Shown here: positions 47,739-55,360 of the stretch, in pieces
Layout: every line of letters begins with the position of its first letter
How positions within the stretch are numbered: position 1 is the first letter of the stretch
Position numbers and translations under genes: made by a program
DNA from: a virus
Lineage: Duplodnaviria; Caudoviricetes
Length of the DNA stretch: 55,533 nt
Virus record (IMG/VR): IMGVR_UViG_3300008448_000102
Coordinates: 1 to 55,533 of that record
Reading direction: 5' to 3' (one strand)
Notes under the pieces: model-generated
What the model was told of the DNA's origin: nothing
Seen by the model: the letters and a program-made list of their open reading frames with translations, nothing else
The model's database searches: none

Positions 47739-48026
47739 TTAGAACGGTAGTTCTTCCTTTGGTGTAGCGGACGCCTTCGGAGCCTTGGCCTTGGTTGTGG
47801 CCGGAGCATCCTGCTTACCCTTGGGTTCGTAGGTGTCCAACTCCATGTAGGGGTTACCGCTTCGGCCATACTTGGCGTTGAGGTTCACCCAACCATTCTT
47901 CTCATGCTTACGCATGAAGGCGATGGCGTCGTCTACCTTGATACTTACTCTCCCGATTACGAAGTCGGGTGCGTTCTCCTGTCGCTTGAAGGAGAAGCCG
48001 TCTGCGAAGATTTTTTCTTCTGACAT
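47739..48026 (-). CDS. putative single-stranded DNA-binding protein
   Basis: Short beta-rich protein with AP.F..G, GWVNL and a C-terminal ELPF tail; start MSEEK at 48026. Confidence 0.65.
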   Translation of the reverse strand: MSEEKIFADGFSFKRQENAPDFVIGRVSIKVDDAIAFMRKHEKNGWVNLNAKYGRSGNPYMELDTYEPKGKQDAPATTKAKAPKASATPKEELPF

Positions 48027-48046
48027 TGGATTGTGGTTTTTAGTTT

Positions 48047-48101
48047 GACGCAGTCTGTTTGAACCCACACCGAATCCCTGCGCCTGAACTCATGTGTGGG
48101 T
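48047..48101 (-). promoter_or_regulatory. candidate RNA pseudoknot in the SSB-like leader
   Basis: Stem ACCCACAC/GTGTGGGT; loop GGCGCAG complementary to downstream CTGCGTC. Confidence 0.45.
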
Positions 48102-48110
48102 ATGTTGTTG

Positions 48111-48126
48111 GTGTCTTCGAGGACAC
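48111..48126. repeat. 16-bp palindrome copy 6
   Basis: Exact GTGTCTTCGAGGACAC at the stop of the 48126-48602 ORF. Confidence 0.9.
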
Positions 48127-48602
48127 TACTCGAGTGTGATGTGCATGTCAACGGGGGCGGGGCAGTTGCCTCCGAAGTATGGCTTGAGGTTGTACCCCCA
48201 AGATGGGGCTGTGCCTAACCACGGCGTTTGGTATGTTACCGAGCCCGCCTTGAACGTGAGCATGTTGTCCGTGCTGAGGTATACAGACACGTCGATTGGA
48301 GTCTCGGGGTCTGCCCATGCGAAGCCTACGATTCGCCTAACTCCCTTCTCGTAGAGGTAGACCATGAGCCTGATGCGCCCATCGCGTATCCTCCAACCAA
48401 CTCGAATGCTGTTGGTGTGGTGCATACCATACGACCAACCGAACAACTTGTTGGTGTCCGTGTCGCATGACGAGATGCCCGGCAGAACCATACACGAATC
48501 ATCGAACGTGACCCTGTACCCCATCGACCTCCTTCCTGTATGGAACTGACCGATGCTGAAGCCCGATGAGTAGTGGCTACCCTTCTTGATTAGTACATCC
48601 AT
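48126..48602 (-). CDS. hypothetical beta-rich protein (NKLFG.S...HH.NSIR.GWR)
   Basis: ORF in the - strand operon. Confidence 0.75.
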   Translation of the reverse strand: MDVLIKKGSHYSSGFSIGQFHTGRRSMGYRVTFDDSCMVLPGISSCDTDTNKLFGWSYGMHHTNSIRVGWRIRDGRIRLMVYLYEKGVRRIVGFAWADPETPIDVSVYLSTDNMLTFKAGSVTYQTPWLGTAPSWGYNLKPYFGGNCPAPVDMHITLE

Positions 48603-48801
48603 AGTATTTGTTTTTGTAGTAATACTCGCCCTCTTGGTAGAGGCTATGGAACAACTCGTCCGATAGTTCCCCTGCGTGTCCTACGTATGCGAGGACTACC
48701 TGAACACGCTCCCGTCCGAGGTAGCGTATCTTGAGGTCTGCCGAAACGGATATGCCCCTGTCCTCCAACTCAGAGATGAAGTCGGTAAGTGCCGTGTTCA
48801 T
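48577..48801 (-). CDS. hypothetical protein
   Basis: Coupled ORF. Confidence 0.7.
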   Translation of the reverse strand: MNTALTDFISELEDRGISVSADLKIRYLGRERVQVVLAYVGHAGELSDELFHSLYQEGEYYYKNKYYGCTNQEG

Positions 48802-49061
48802 CAGTCGAAGTCCTCTATTTTCTCCTGAGCCAAGATGCTAAGGAGGAGAATCTCGTATGGTGTCAGGATGCCATCAGAGTTTGAGTATGCGTTGTCGAGC
48901 ATGGCCTGAATGCTGATGTCCCACGGCAACTTGTCGAGCCCGTCGGTGTCGATAAGGCTGTGCTTTACGAAATGGTCTGTCAGTTCAAATGTCCCCTTGT
49001 CGGTTTGGATTACGTACCCGTTCTCAATTGATGGGTGCTTGTGAAGTGTTGCTTGTGCCAT
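48801..49061 (-). CDS. hypothetical protein
   Basis: Coupled ORF. Confidence 0.7.
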   Translation of the reverse strand: MAQATLHKHPSIENGYVIQTDKGTFELTDHFVKHSLIDTDGLDKLPWDISIQAMLDNAYSNSDGILTPYEILLLSILAQEKIEDFD

Positions 49062-49075
49062 TGGTTTGGTGTGTG

Positions 49076-49819
49076 TTAGTCGAGGTTTTCAGATATATAA
49101 TAGTTACTAATGTCGTCCCAATGTTCTTCTGAGAAGAACCTGTTGTACACCTCAATCGCCCTGATAACCTTCTGCTCTCCCGAGTCAACGAACGACTGCG
49201 TTGGCTTGAAGATACCGAGTTGAGATGTGCCCTTGTCGATGACAAAGAATACGAGAGGCTTTCCAAATAGTTGCTGATAGATGAAGCACTGCGAGTCGTA
49301 GTTGTACGCCTTGGCCGAATACTTGAACTTGTGGATGTCGCCCGTGGTCTTCAGGTCTATGATGCTGTCGGGTGTGACGATGTCAGCCTTCCCCTTCCAC
49401 ATCATGCCGTGAATCTCCGTGATTGACGGAACCTCGTATTGGTTGCCCTCCCTGTAAATCTCGTCAAAGAAAGTGATATTGGCCTTGATGACCGACACAA
49501 GTCTGTGTATATCATCGAGTTCTTTTTTTAGCAGGGCGAACGGCAGGTTGTGGGTGTCGCAGTATGCCTTGTACTCCTTGGTCGTGCGTGTGCTAACGTC
49601 AACGAACGGGACGAACTCGGCCTTGTCGGGCTCGATTAGAAGTTGATGAAATAGGCGACCTTCTGCGAACGCCTTGTTGTCCTCCCTCGGCTTTCCAAAC
49701 TGCTGAGGGTTACTCAGCAGTGAGCCAATGTCTGAGTTGGACAGGTAGTTTTTGCCGATGCCTCGGTAATACTCGTTGTCGTCCTTGAGTGCGCCTATGA
49801 TTACATCGTGGTCTTTCAT
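49076..49819 (-). CDS. RecE/exonuclease VIII-like PD-(D/E)xK exonuclease (DUF3799-like)
   Basis: LSNS, G..FH..L.EP, KGKAD, IDLKTT and Y..Q..IY motifs. Confidence 0.85.
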   Translation of the reverse strand: MKDHDVIIGALKDDNEYYRGIGKNYLSNSDIGSLLSNPQQFGKPREDNKAFAEGRLFHQLLIEPDKAEFVPFVDVSTRTTKEYKAYCDTHNLPFALLKKELDDIHRLVSVIKANITFFDEIYREGNQYEVPSITEIHGMMWKGKADIVTPDSIIDLKTTGDIHKFKYSAKAYNYDSQCFIYQQLFGKPLVFFVIDKGTSQLGIFKPTQSFVDSGEQKVIRAIEVYNRFFSEEHWDDISNYYISENLD

Positions 49820-50439
49820 GCCCTGACTAATTTTTCAATCTCCTTCTGTACCGATGGGCTGATGATGTACTTGCGACTCAGTTGCTGAACAATCTTGTCG
49901 AGTCCGAGTTGCTTGTTGCCCGTGATGTAGGTCTCGACCTTGCTCCAAGACTCGTCACCCTTCTCGAGTGCCGTCTTGCTATCAGACTGCGGGGATTGGC
50001 TCCCCGTGTCGGGGATGTCCTCGCCCGTCCAAAGGCTAAGTCCAAGTCCGTGCATGGCGATGGCCTTGGCTGTGCTGCGTTGGATGGCCTTGTTCACGTC
50101 CATGCTTGTCACCTTGTCAACGGGGATGGCATTGTTTCGGAAGTCCATGATGGGCAGGTAGTCAATATGCTCAAGCCCGTTGACCACGATGCCGACCTTG
50201 ACGTATGCGGTCTTGCCGTCGGTGAAGTAGTTGTTGCCCGTGAATGACGACTCGTACACGATGCGTTGTGCGTCGGGGTGTGCGCTCTTGAGCATAGACC
50301 ATGCGTTCGCCCACGATAGGTAGTCGAGGTTTCCCTTGCGCTCAATCTTATCCCTGACGGGTGTTGATGCGAGTCTGCTGAAGTAGTTTGTGTTCTCTTG
50401 CATTGTTGCTTGCGTTTCTGTTGTTTGCTTTTGCTTCAT
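49816..50439 (-). CDS. single-strand annealing protein, Sak/DUF1071 (Rad52-like)
   Basis: YLSWANAW, LPIMDFRN and NKAIQR..AKAIAMHGLGL..W.GED motifs. Confidence 0.9.
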   Translation of the reverse strand: MKQKQTTETQATMQENTNYFSRLASTPVRDKIERKGNLDYLSWANAWSMLKSAHPDAQRIVYESSFTGNNYFTDGKTAYVKVGIVVNGLEHIDYLPIMDFRNNAIPVDKVTSMDVNKAIQRSTAKAIAMHGLGLSLWTGEDIPDTGSQSPQSDSKTALEKGDESWSKVETYITGNKQLGLDKIVQQLSRKYIISPSVQKEIEKLVRA

Positions 50440-50735
50440 TGTACGTTGGTTTGGATTCTATTGATAACACGGATGTAGTCTCTGTCTTCACGCATACGTC
50501 GCTCGGTCTGCTTGATTCCGTAGATAACAGACGAGTGCCCTATGTCGTATCCGTTCTCCCCCATGTATGACATGATGGATGAGACATTGATAGGACGCTT
50601 GCTGCACAGGTAGTACAGCATGTGTCGGGCGTTGGTGTAGTTTCGGGACTTAGTCTTGATGAACAGCAACTCCCTTGGGAAGCCGAACTCGTCGGCCACC
50701 TTGGTTGCGTAGTTGTCGAATATCTCTCTCTTCAT
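50436..50735 (-). CDS. stand-alone DnaA domain IV-like HTH protein
   Basis: VADEFG...L..KTKSR....ARHM.YYL...HSSVIYG pattern. Confidence 0.75.
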   Translation of the reverse strand: MKREIFDNYATKVADEFGFPRELLFIKTKSRNYTNARHMLYYLCSKRPINVSSIMSYMGENGYDIGHSSVIYGIKQTERRMREDRDYIRVINRIQTNVQ

Positions 50736-50755
50736 TTGATTGGATTGTGGGTCTG

Positions 50756-50763
50756 CAAAGTTA
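50756..50763 (-). promoter_or_regulatory. -7 promoter box for the recombination operon
   Basis: TAACTTTG on the - strand, then the leader CAATCCAATCAA-ATG. Confidence 0.65.
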
Positions 50764-50774
50764 CGAGAATAAGT

Positions 50775-51095
50775 TTAATTCTCGTTCTTTTTGTTAATAA
50801 AATTATCAGCATGTCTTTGCCACAGCACAGACTCAACCGTCTCAAGTTTTCCGCTACGTATCTTGGTGATAATCTCTGATGGTTCTGCCTCGTCGTATAT
50901 CTCGAGAAGGAACGAGTTGTCCTTGAGACATTGGATAAAGAAGTCGCCTTGGTATATGAGTACATCTGTGCAGTCACTATGCAGTTTCTGCTTTGGCTTG
51001 TGCTTTCGCTCGAAGTCGGGTCGGTACACGAACATGCCTGTTTTTTGGAAGTCTTGTAGTGTCATTTGCTCTTTATGTTTTTGATTGTCATCCAT
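50775..51095 (-). CDS. hypothetical protein
   Basis: Coupled ORF. Confidence 0.7.
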   Translation of the reverse strand: MDDNQKHKEQMTLQDFQKTGMFVYRPDFERKHKPKQKLHSDCTDVLIYQGDFFIQCLKDNSFLLEIYDEAEPSEIITKIRSGKLETVESVLWQRHADNFINKKNEN

Positions 51096-51486
51096 AGATT
51101 ACCTCCCCGAGTACCATGTATTGGAATAGAATGTCTGCTGAGTTTGCGTCCCCCTCTCCGTTGACCCACTCCGTCAACGCCCAAGCCTCCCCTCCATCTG
51201 CGAGTTTCTGAAGTCGAGACTCGATGGTGTGTGTGCTTAGGACTCCGAGCAGTTCGTCTTGGTTCTCGATGTCGTTTATTTCAATGTCAATGCCGTGGTC
51301 AAACACCGCCTTGAACAGGGCTATACTTAGGCATCTCTCATCCTTTTTGGATACCGCCTTGCGTATCTTGAGTACCTCGCTGTCGGGTAGCCAATACCAA
51401 TAGTTACTGCCTCCCTCGAGTGCTGTGACAAGTACATCCTCGATGCACTGCCTTTCAATCTTCGTTGTGATTTTGATTTCTGTCAT
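51088..51486 (-). CDS. conserved phage hypothetical protein (TALEGGSNYW...DA..AD..FQ...GE.IYG)
   Basis: Recognisable early-gene motif. Confidence 0.8.
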   Translation of the reverse strand: MTEIKITTKIERQCIEDVLVTALEGGSNYWYWLPDSEVLKIRKAVSKKDERCLSIALFKAVFDHGIDIEINDIENQDELLGVLSTHTIESRLQKLADGGEAWALTEWVNGEGDANSADILFQYMVLGEVIYG

Positions 51487-51667
51487 TGTTGGTTTGTATT
51501 TGATTGCTTGGTTTTCCGTTTGACCAAAAGTAGTCGCACCTCCCCTCGTCCTTGAGCGGAGGGTCTACGAAGTATGACTGCCTGTACTCGTTGGGTATTG
51601 CTGTGTGTCGGTGGCACTGCTCCTTCACGGGGCATCCTATGCCATTACACATTGCGATGTCTGCCAT
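51455..51667 (-). CDS. small Cys-rich protein (MADIAMC...CP....C.R...C.YFW)
   Basis: Start at 51667; four-Cys pattern. Confidence 0.7.
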   Translation of the reverse strand: MADIAMCNGIGCPVKEQCHRHTAIPNEYRQSYFVDPPLKDEGRCDYFWSNGKPSNQIQTNNDRNQNHNED

Positions 51668-51914
51668 AGGTTTCGTTGTAGTATTGTTCTGCTTGGTCAT
51701 TAGTCCACTGAGTATGTGGATGTTTATCAAATACCCGTTGCCCTTCAATGTGAGCATCTATTATCTGCTCCTTCTCCATCTGCTTGGCTTGTTCAATAAG
51801 TCTTAATATCTCTAACTCACAATTTCTTTGACTAATTCTACGTAATGATAATTGTAGATTAAGTTCTAAAACTTTAGGCATCAACCATTCAACTGCGGTT
51901 TGTTTCTTTTCCAT
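51645..51914 (-). CDS. KQTAVEWL-family hypothetical protein
   Basis: KQTAVEWL...QAKQMEKEQIIDA...EQYYNETY pattern, recalled from Bacteroidota phages. Confidence 0.8.
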   Translation of the reverse strand: MEKKQTAVEWLMPKVLELNLQLSLRRISQRNCELEILRLIEQAKQMEKEQIIDAHIEGQRVFDKHPHTQWTNDQAEQYYNETYGRHRNV

Positions 51915-51979
51915 TTTTAGTTGTTAGTTTTTAATTGTTAGTGTGTCTGATTTAATGTTTGTAGTCAGGACAGGCCATC

Positions 51980-51995
51980 GTGTCCTCGAGGACAC
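51980..51995. repeat. 16-bp palindrome copy 7 (perfect, GTGTCCTCGAGGACAC)
   Basis: Intergenic. Confidence 0.9.
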
Positions 51996-52006
51996 CCTTA
52001 CTTGCG

Positions 52007-53080
52007 TCAGTATTTCAATACCTCCGACTCGCAGAACCACTCGTCACACGAACCGCAATGGTAGTCCATGAACCCGTCGTGCTTTAGTGTGTGGTAGCAG
52101 TTGACGCACATCGCCTCCTGCTCCATCCTGCTTTTGAGTTGCTCGTGTTCGTACATTAACTCGTCGGTGTAGGTGTGCGATGCGGCACTCCTTGCCTCCT
52201 GCTGATACGCCGACACCCACGACCCCTTGAATCCCACGCTCTGATTGTATGACTTGTGGAGCCTCTCTCCACTTGGTATCTCCGTTCCGTTGAAGTACAC
52301 CCAACAATTCTTGACCTTGCCATCAATCAGTATTGGAATCCTCTTGCGTGTGTACCAATTCGGGTGACCCTCGAGTGCGTCCAAGTCTGCCATTACCTCG
52401 TTGCTTACCTTGAACACATCAACGCTGACCCATTCACCTACACCCTTCTTGTCGATGAGGTACGGAAGACCCTTGATGATAAGCGGATACTTGTCGAATG
52501 TCTCACCATTGCCGATGAACTTAGAGTCGGATAGGAACCTGTTGTAGTTCCCGTTGCCACGCTTGAGTGTGCCGTACACGGCCACCAAGTTCGGCTCGAA
52601 CACGTTATCCTTCGAGTACCACACGCCGTCATGCTGTGTCCAAAGGTGCTTGTTGTAGATTTGGTATGAGCGGTTGCGTGTGTTGATGGTGACGAACCTG
52701 CATGGGTATTTCTCAAGTTCGTTGCTCCACTTACGGCGTGGTACATCTCCGATGCTGTTAGCCAACACCTTGGTGTCGCTCTCCTCCGCGTTGCCGAGCA
52801 TTGGAATTGTTCCGTTCATCATAAGCCACTCGCTCTTGTTGCTACCGCATTGGAATGGGTGCGTGTTCTCTATGCCAATCTTGCCAATTGTGGCGTAGCG
52901 GAAGTGTGCAATGAATGGCCTGTCCGTGAGCAGAACCTTGTACTCCTTGGACTTGTGGTATGTGACCTCGAACGTGTCGAGCCACATGATGCCGAGTCCG
53001 TGCGGGTTCATGCGTGATGATGTCTTTGCTACCTCTGTTGATAGTTTCTTTCCTTCCTTCTTGATGATGATGATACACAT
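52007..53080 (-). CDS. class II glutamine amidotransferase fused to a gamma-glutamylcyclotransferase (AIG2-like) domain and a Zn ribbon
   Basis: N-terminal Cys2, NPHG.G, HFRYAT.G...NTHPF, NG, SDT; then VYGTLK.G..N and LD.LEG.P..Y.R; C-terminal CxxC...CxxC. Confidence 0.85.
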   Translation of the reverse strand: MCIIIIKKEGKKLSTEVAKTSSRMNPHGLGIMWLDTFEVTYHKSKEYKVLLTDRPFIAHFRYATIGKIGIENTHPFQCGSNKSEWLMMNGTIPMLGNAEESDTKVLANSIGDVPRRKWSNELEKYPCRFVTINTRNRSYQIYNKHLWTQHDGVWYSKDNVFEPNLVAVYGTLKRGNGNYNRFLSDSKFIGNGETFDKYPLIIKGLPYLIDKKGVGEWVSVDVFKVSNEVMADLDALEGHPNWYTRKRIPILIDGKVKNCWVYFNGTEIPSGERLHKSYNQSVGFKGSWVSAYQQEARSAASHTYTDELMYEHEQLKSRMEQEAMCVNCYHTLKHDGFMDYHCGSCDEWFCESEVLKY

Positions 53081-53104
53081 AGTTTTGATTTGAGTTTATG
53101 CAGA

Positions 53105-53120
53105 GTGTCTTTGAAGACAC
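53105..53120. repeat. 16-bp palindrome copy 8 (GTGTCTTTGAAGACAC)
   Basis: Intergenic, 25 nt upstream of the GATase start. Confidence 0.85.
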
Positions 53121-53148
53121 AGACTGCTGATTAGGATTGTAGTGGGGG

Positions 53149-53361
53149 TTACTTTTTTGACATATCAATGTCGTTGAACATGTCGAGTAGGTCGGTCAGT
53201 ATTGACCAACCCTCCTCGATGCTCCGCTCCTCGAGTGTGCGTCTGATAAGGAAGGCTACCGCCTCCACCCTTTCGTCCGACCAATCGGGTCTGATTGACT
53301 TAATGTCGAGTAGTGACCACCTGATGGTGGCGAATACGTTGCTGTCTTGTTCTTCTTTCAT
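53149..53361 (-). CDS. hypothetical protein
   Basis: ORF in the early cluster. Confidence 0.7.
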   Translation of the reverse strand: MKEEQDSNVFATIRWSLLDIKSIRPDWSDERVEAVAFLIRRTLEERSIEEGWSILTDLLDMFNDIDMSKK

Positions 53362-53364
53362 GGC

Positions 53365-53655
53365 TTAGTCTATTGTGTCGTCTGTTACATAGTCAGGTGG
53401 ATTGATGGCTGTCACGCTGTACCCTGCGTTCCTTTCTTTGAAGTCCAAGGTGTAGGTGTTGGTCTGCATGGACACCACGTCAAACTCCTTGATGAAGTCG
53501 CAGATGTAGTCGATGATGTTCCTTCGCTCTCGCTTGTTGTCCCTCATGTACACGAGGGTCTCATCTTCTACGTATACCTTGAATACCTCATGCACTGCGG
53601 AGGTGTATGCGTCGATGTAGTGTTCGACCTTGAATGTTATCTTCTTGTCTATCAT
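53365..53655 (-). CDS. hypothetical protein
   Basis: ATGA-coupled start MIDKK at 53655. Confidence 0.65.
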   Translation of the reverse strand: MIDKKITFKVEHYIDAYTSAVHEVFKVYVEDETLVYMRDNKRERRNIIDYICDFIKEFDVVSMQTNTYTLDFKERNAGYSVTAINPPDYVTDDTID

Positions 53656-53861
53656 AGCCCGTAGTAGTGTTCGTCCCAAGTTATTGTCTCTTGTCCGTAG
53701 TCTACCTCCACGTTCCACCCGTCCTCCATGATGGCGTATAGTACGCTCCGTGGCTGTGACCTGAGCAGGTACATGAACGCGTCATGCTCACTACTGCACT
53801 CGAACTTGCACACGTTGTATTGGTAGACCTTAACTGCGATTGGTTTCTTTATCGTCCTCAT
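53652..53861 (-). CDS. hypothetical protein
   Basis: Coupled ORF. Confidence 0.65.
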   Translation of the reverse strand: MRTIKKPIAVKVYQYNVCKFECSSEHDAFMYLLRSQPRSVLYAIMEDGWNVEVDYGQETITWDEHYYGL

Positions 53862-53862
53862 G

Positions 53863-54102
53863 TTACTTGCCTCCGTTTAGATAGTGTTTGTACTTGGACT
53901 TGTTGCGGCTCTTGCGTACAGCGTAACGCTTGCCGTCGATGGTCTCATAGATAGGCCATTCCCTGCCATTCCTATCTGTGAAATAGGACGGGGTCTTACG
54001 CACACGCTTACGCTTGCGCTTGGTTGACTTGCTTGATGAGATTACGTTGACAGCGCCCGTGGCCTCGTCAACCGAGATGGTGATTGTGATTACTTTCTTC
54101 AT
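53863..54102 (-). CDS. basic hypothetical protein
   Basis: Leader CTCAAATCAA-ATG. Confidence 0.7.
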   Translation of the reverse strand: MKKVITITISVDEATGAVNVISSSKSTKRKRKRVRKTPSYFTDRNGREWPIYETIDGKRYAVRKSRNKSKYKHYLNGGK

Positions 54103-54122
54103 TTGATTTGAGTGTTTTTTGA

Positions 54123-54296
54123 TTAAAGTCTGTCTTCAATTTCTGATAGCATCTTGCTCATCACTGCGATGGATGTGACGCATAGTATCAAGCATAGTAA
54201 CATCTCGCCCCCCGTGGTTGCGAGTTTGTGGAATGCCATGAGTGATGCGAGTGCGGTGACTGAACTCACCCCTGCGATTATCTTGTGCTTCCTCAT
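54123..54296 (-). CDS. small two-TM membrane protein
   Basis: Start MRKHK at 54296 (ATGA overlap); two hydrophobic helices. Confidence 0.6.
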   Translation of the reverse strand: MRKHKIIAGVSSVTALASLMAFHKLATTGGEMLLCLILCVTSIAVMSKMLSEIEDRL

Positions 54297-54613
54297 CGTG
54301 ATATGCCTGATAGTTTGAATGCCCACTTCCAAATGCGTGACGCGTTGGCGTTCACTTGCTCGCGGCAGAGGTGTACGCACTCGATGGTCTCGGTTGATGT
54401 GCGGTAGTCGGTGTCGTGCGAGTATTCCACCCACTCGTTCGGTGTGCCACATGATGGGGACGATGATGGCCTACCACCACGCAGTAGTTCAACTAATTCA
54501 CGGAGCGTGACCTCCTCCCTCTCTGCGAGGAAGCCCGTCTCTTCGTACTCCCCGTGTTCTGCCGACTCGGGGGAGATGGTCGCATAGGTGCGACTGATGA
54601 GGATTGTTTTCAT
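54293..54613 (-). CDS. hypothetical protein (TY...SPESAE.G...E.GF)
   Basis: Start at 54613 after CTCAAATCAA; -7 box at 54635-54642. Confidence 0.75.
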   Translation of the reverse strand: MKTILISRTYATISPESAEHGEYEETGFLAEREEVTLRELVELLRGGRPSSSPSCGTPNEWVEYSHDTDYRTSTETIECVHLCREQVNANASRIWKWAFKLSGISR

Positions 54614-54634
54614 TTGATTTGAGTTATTATTGTA

Positions 54635-54642
54635 CAAAGATA
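54635..54642 (-). promoter_or_regulatory. -7 promoter box
   Basis: TATCTTTG on the - strand. Confidence 0.6.
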
Positions 54643-54651
54643 CGACGGAAA

Positions 54652-54918
54652 TTAGACATCTCCAAGTGTTGTTGATAAGTTGTTTTCTTCGAGAACCAAC
54701 TCGCCCCTGAAGAAAATTAAATGCTCGTAGACCATTCGGATGCCGTGGTATTTCTCAACCACAACGATGCTACCGAGCGTCCTACTCAGACGCTTTGCCT
54801 TGTGGTAGGCTGTCGCTTTAGACCTGATGACGTGCAGTACCACGGGTTCTCCATGCTCGAACACCGCCACCAAGTACGGGTTCTGTGTCTTCGAGGACAC
54901 CTTATCTGCTGCTTCCAT
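54652..54918 (-). CDS. hypothetical protein
   Basis: Likely start MEAAD at 54918. Confidence 0.55.
   Translation of the reverse strand: MEAADKVSSKTQNPYLVAVFEHGEPVVLHVIRSKATAYHKAKRLSRTLGSIVVVEKYHGIRMVYEHLIFFRGELVLEENNLSTTLGDV
54885..54900. repeat. 16-bp palindrome copy 9
   Basis: Exact GTGTCTTCGAGGACAC. Confidence 0.9.
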
Positions 54919-55360
54919 AGTCTTCAACGTATTGTGCGATGGTATTCCAAGTGATTCCATACTCCGCGTCGTGGTTCTTAATCATGTTCACGAGTGCGAC
55001 CTGTGCCTGTTCGAGGCTGATGGTATGCGTTGGGTGCGGGTAGTCTACCAAGTCCTCAGCGCTCCACTTGATGGACTCCCTTCGGTACTGAGCGAACTCG
55101 TCCACCATTGCGATGTACTGCTTCACTATTCTGTCGAGTGCCTCCTTAGTTTGTGCAAACGTGCGCTTGTCCACCTCCACATTGTCCATGTCCACCTCCA
55201 CCTCGATTATTTTTGCTCCACCCTCGGCGTACACCAAGTCCTCGATGGCTGAGATGGGTATCTCATTTTGTGCAAACATCTTCGCTTCTTCGGGGGAGTT
55301 AGCCTCGACCTCGAACGTCGGCGTGAAGAGTACCGACATAGTTACCTTGTAGTTTTTCAT
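54902..55360 (-). CDS. hypothetical protein (FEVEANSPEEA motif)
   Basis: ORF in the early cluster. Confidence 0.75.
   Translation of the reverse strand: MKNYKVTMSVLFTPTFEVEANSPEEAKMFAQNEIPISAIEDLVYAEGGAKIIEVEVDMDNVEVDKRTFAQTKEALDRIVKQYIAMVDEFAQYRRESIKWSAEDLVDYPHPTHTISLEQAQVALVNMIKNHDAEYGITWNTIAQYVEDYGSSR

Noticed and set aside
47498-47869. 123-aa - strand ORF
   Set aside because: Runs through a terminator and the AT-rich origin-like element; composition is not protein-like
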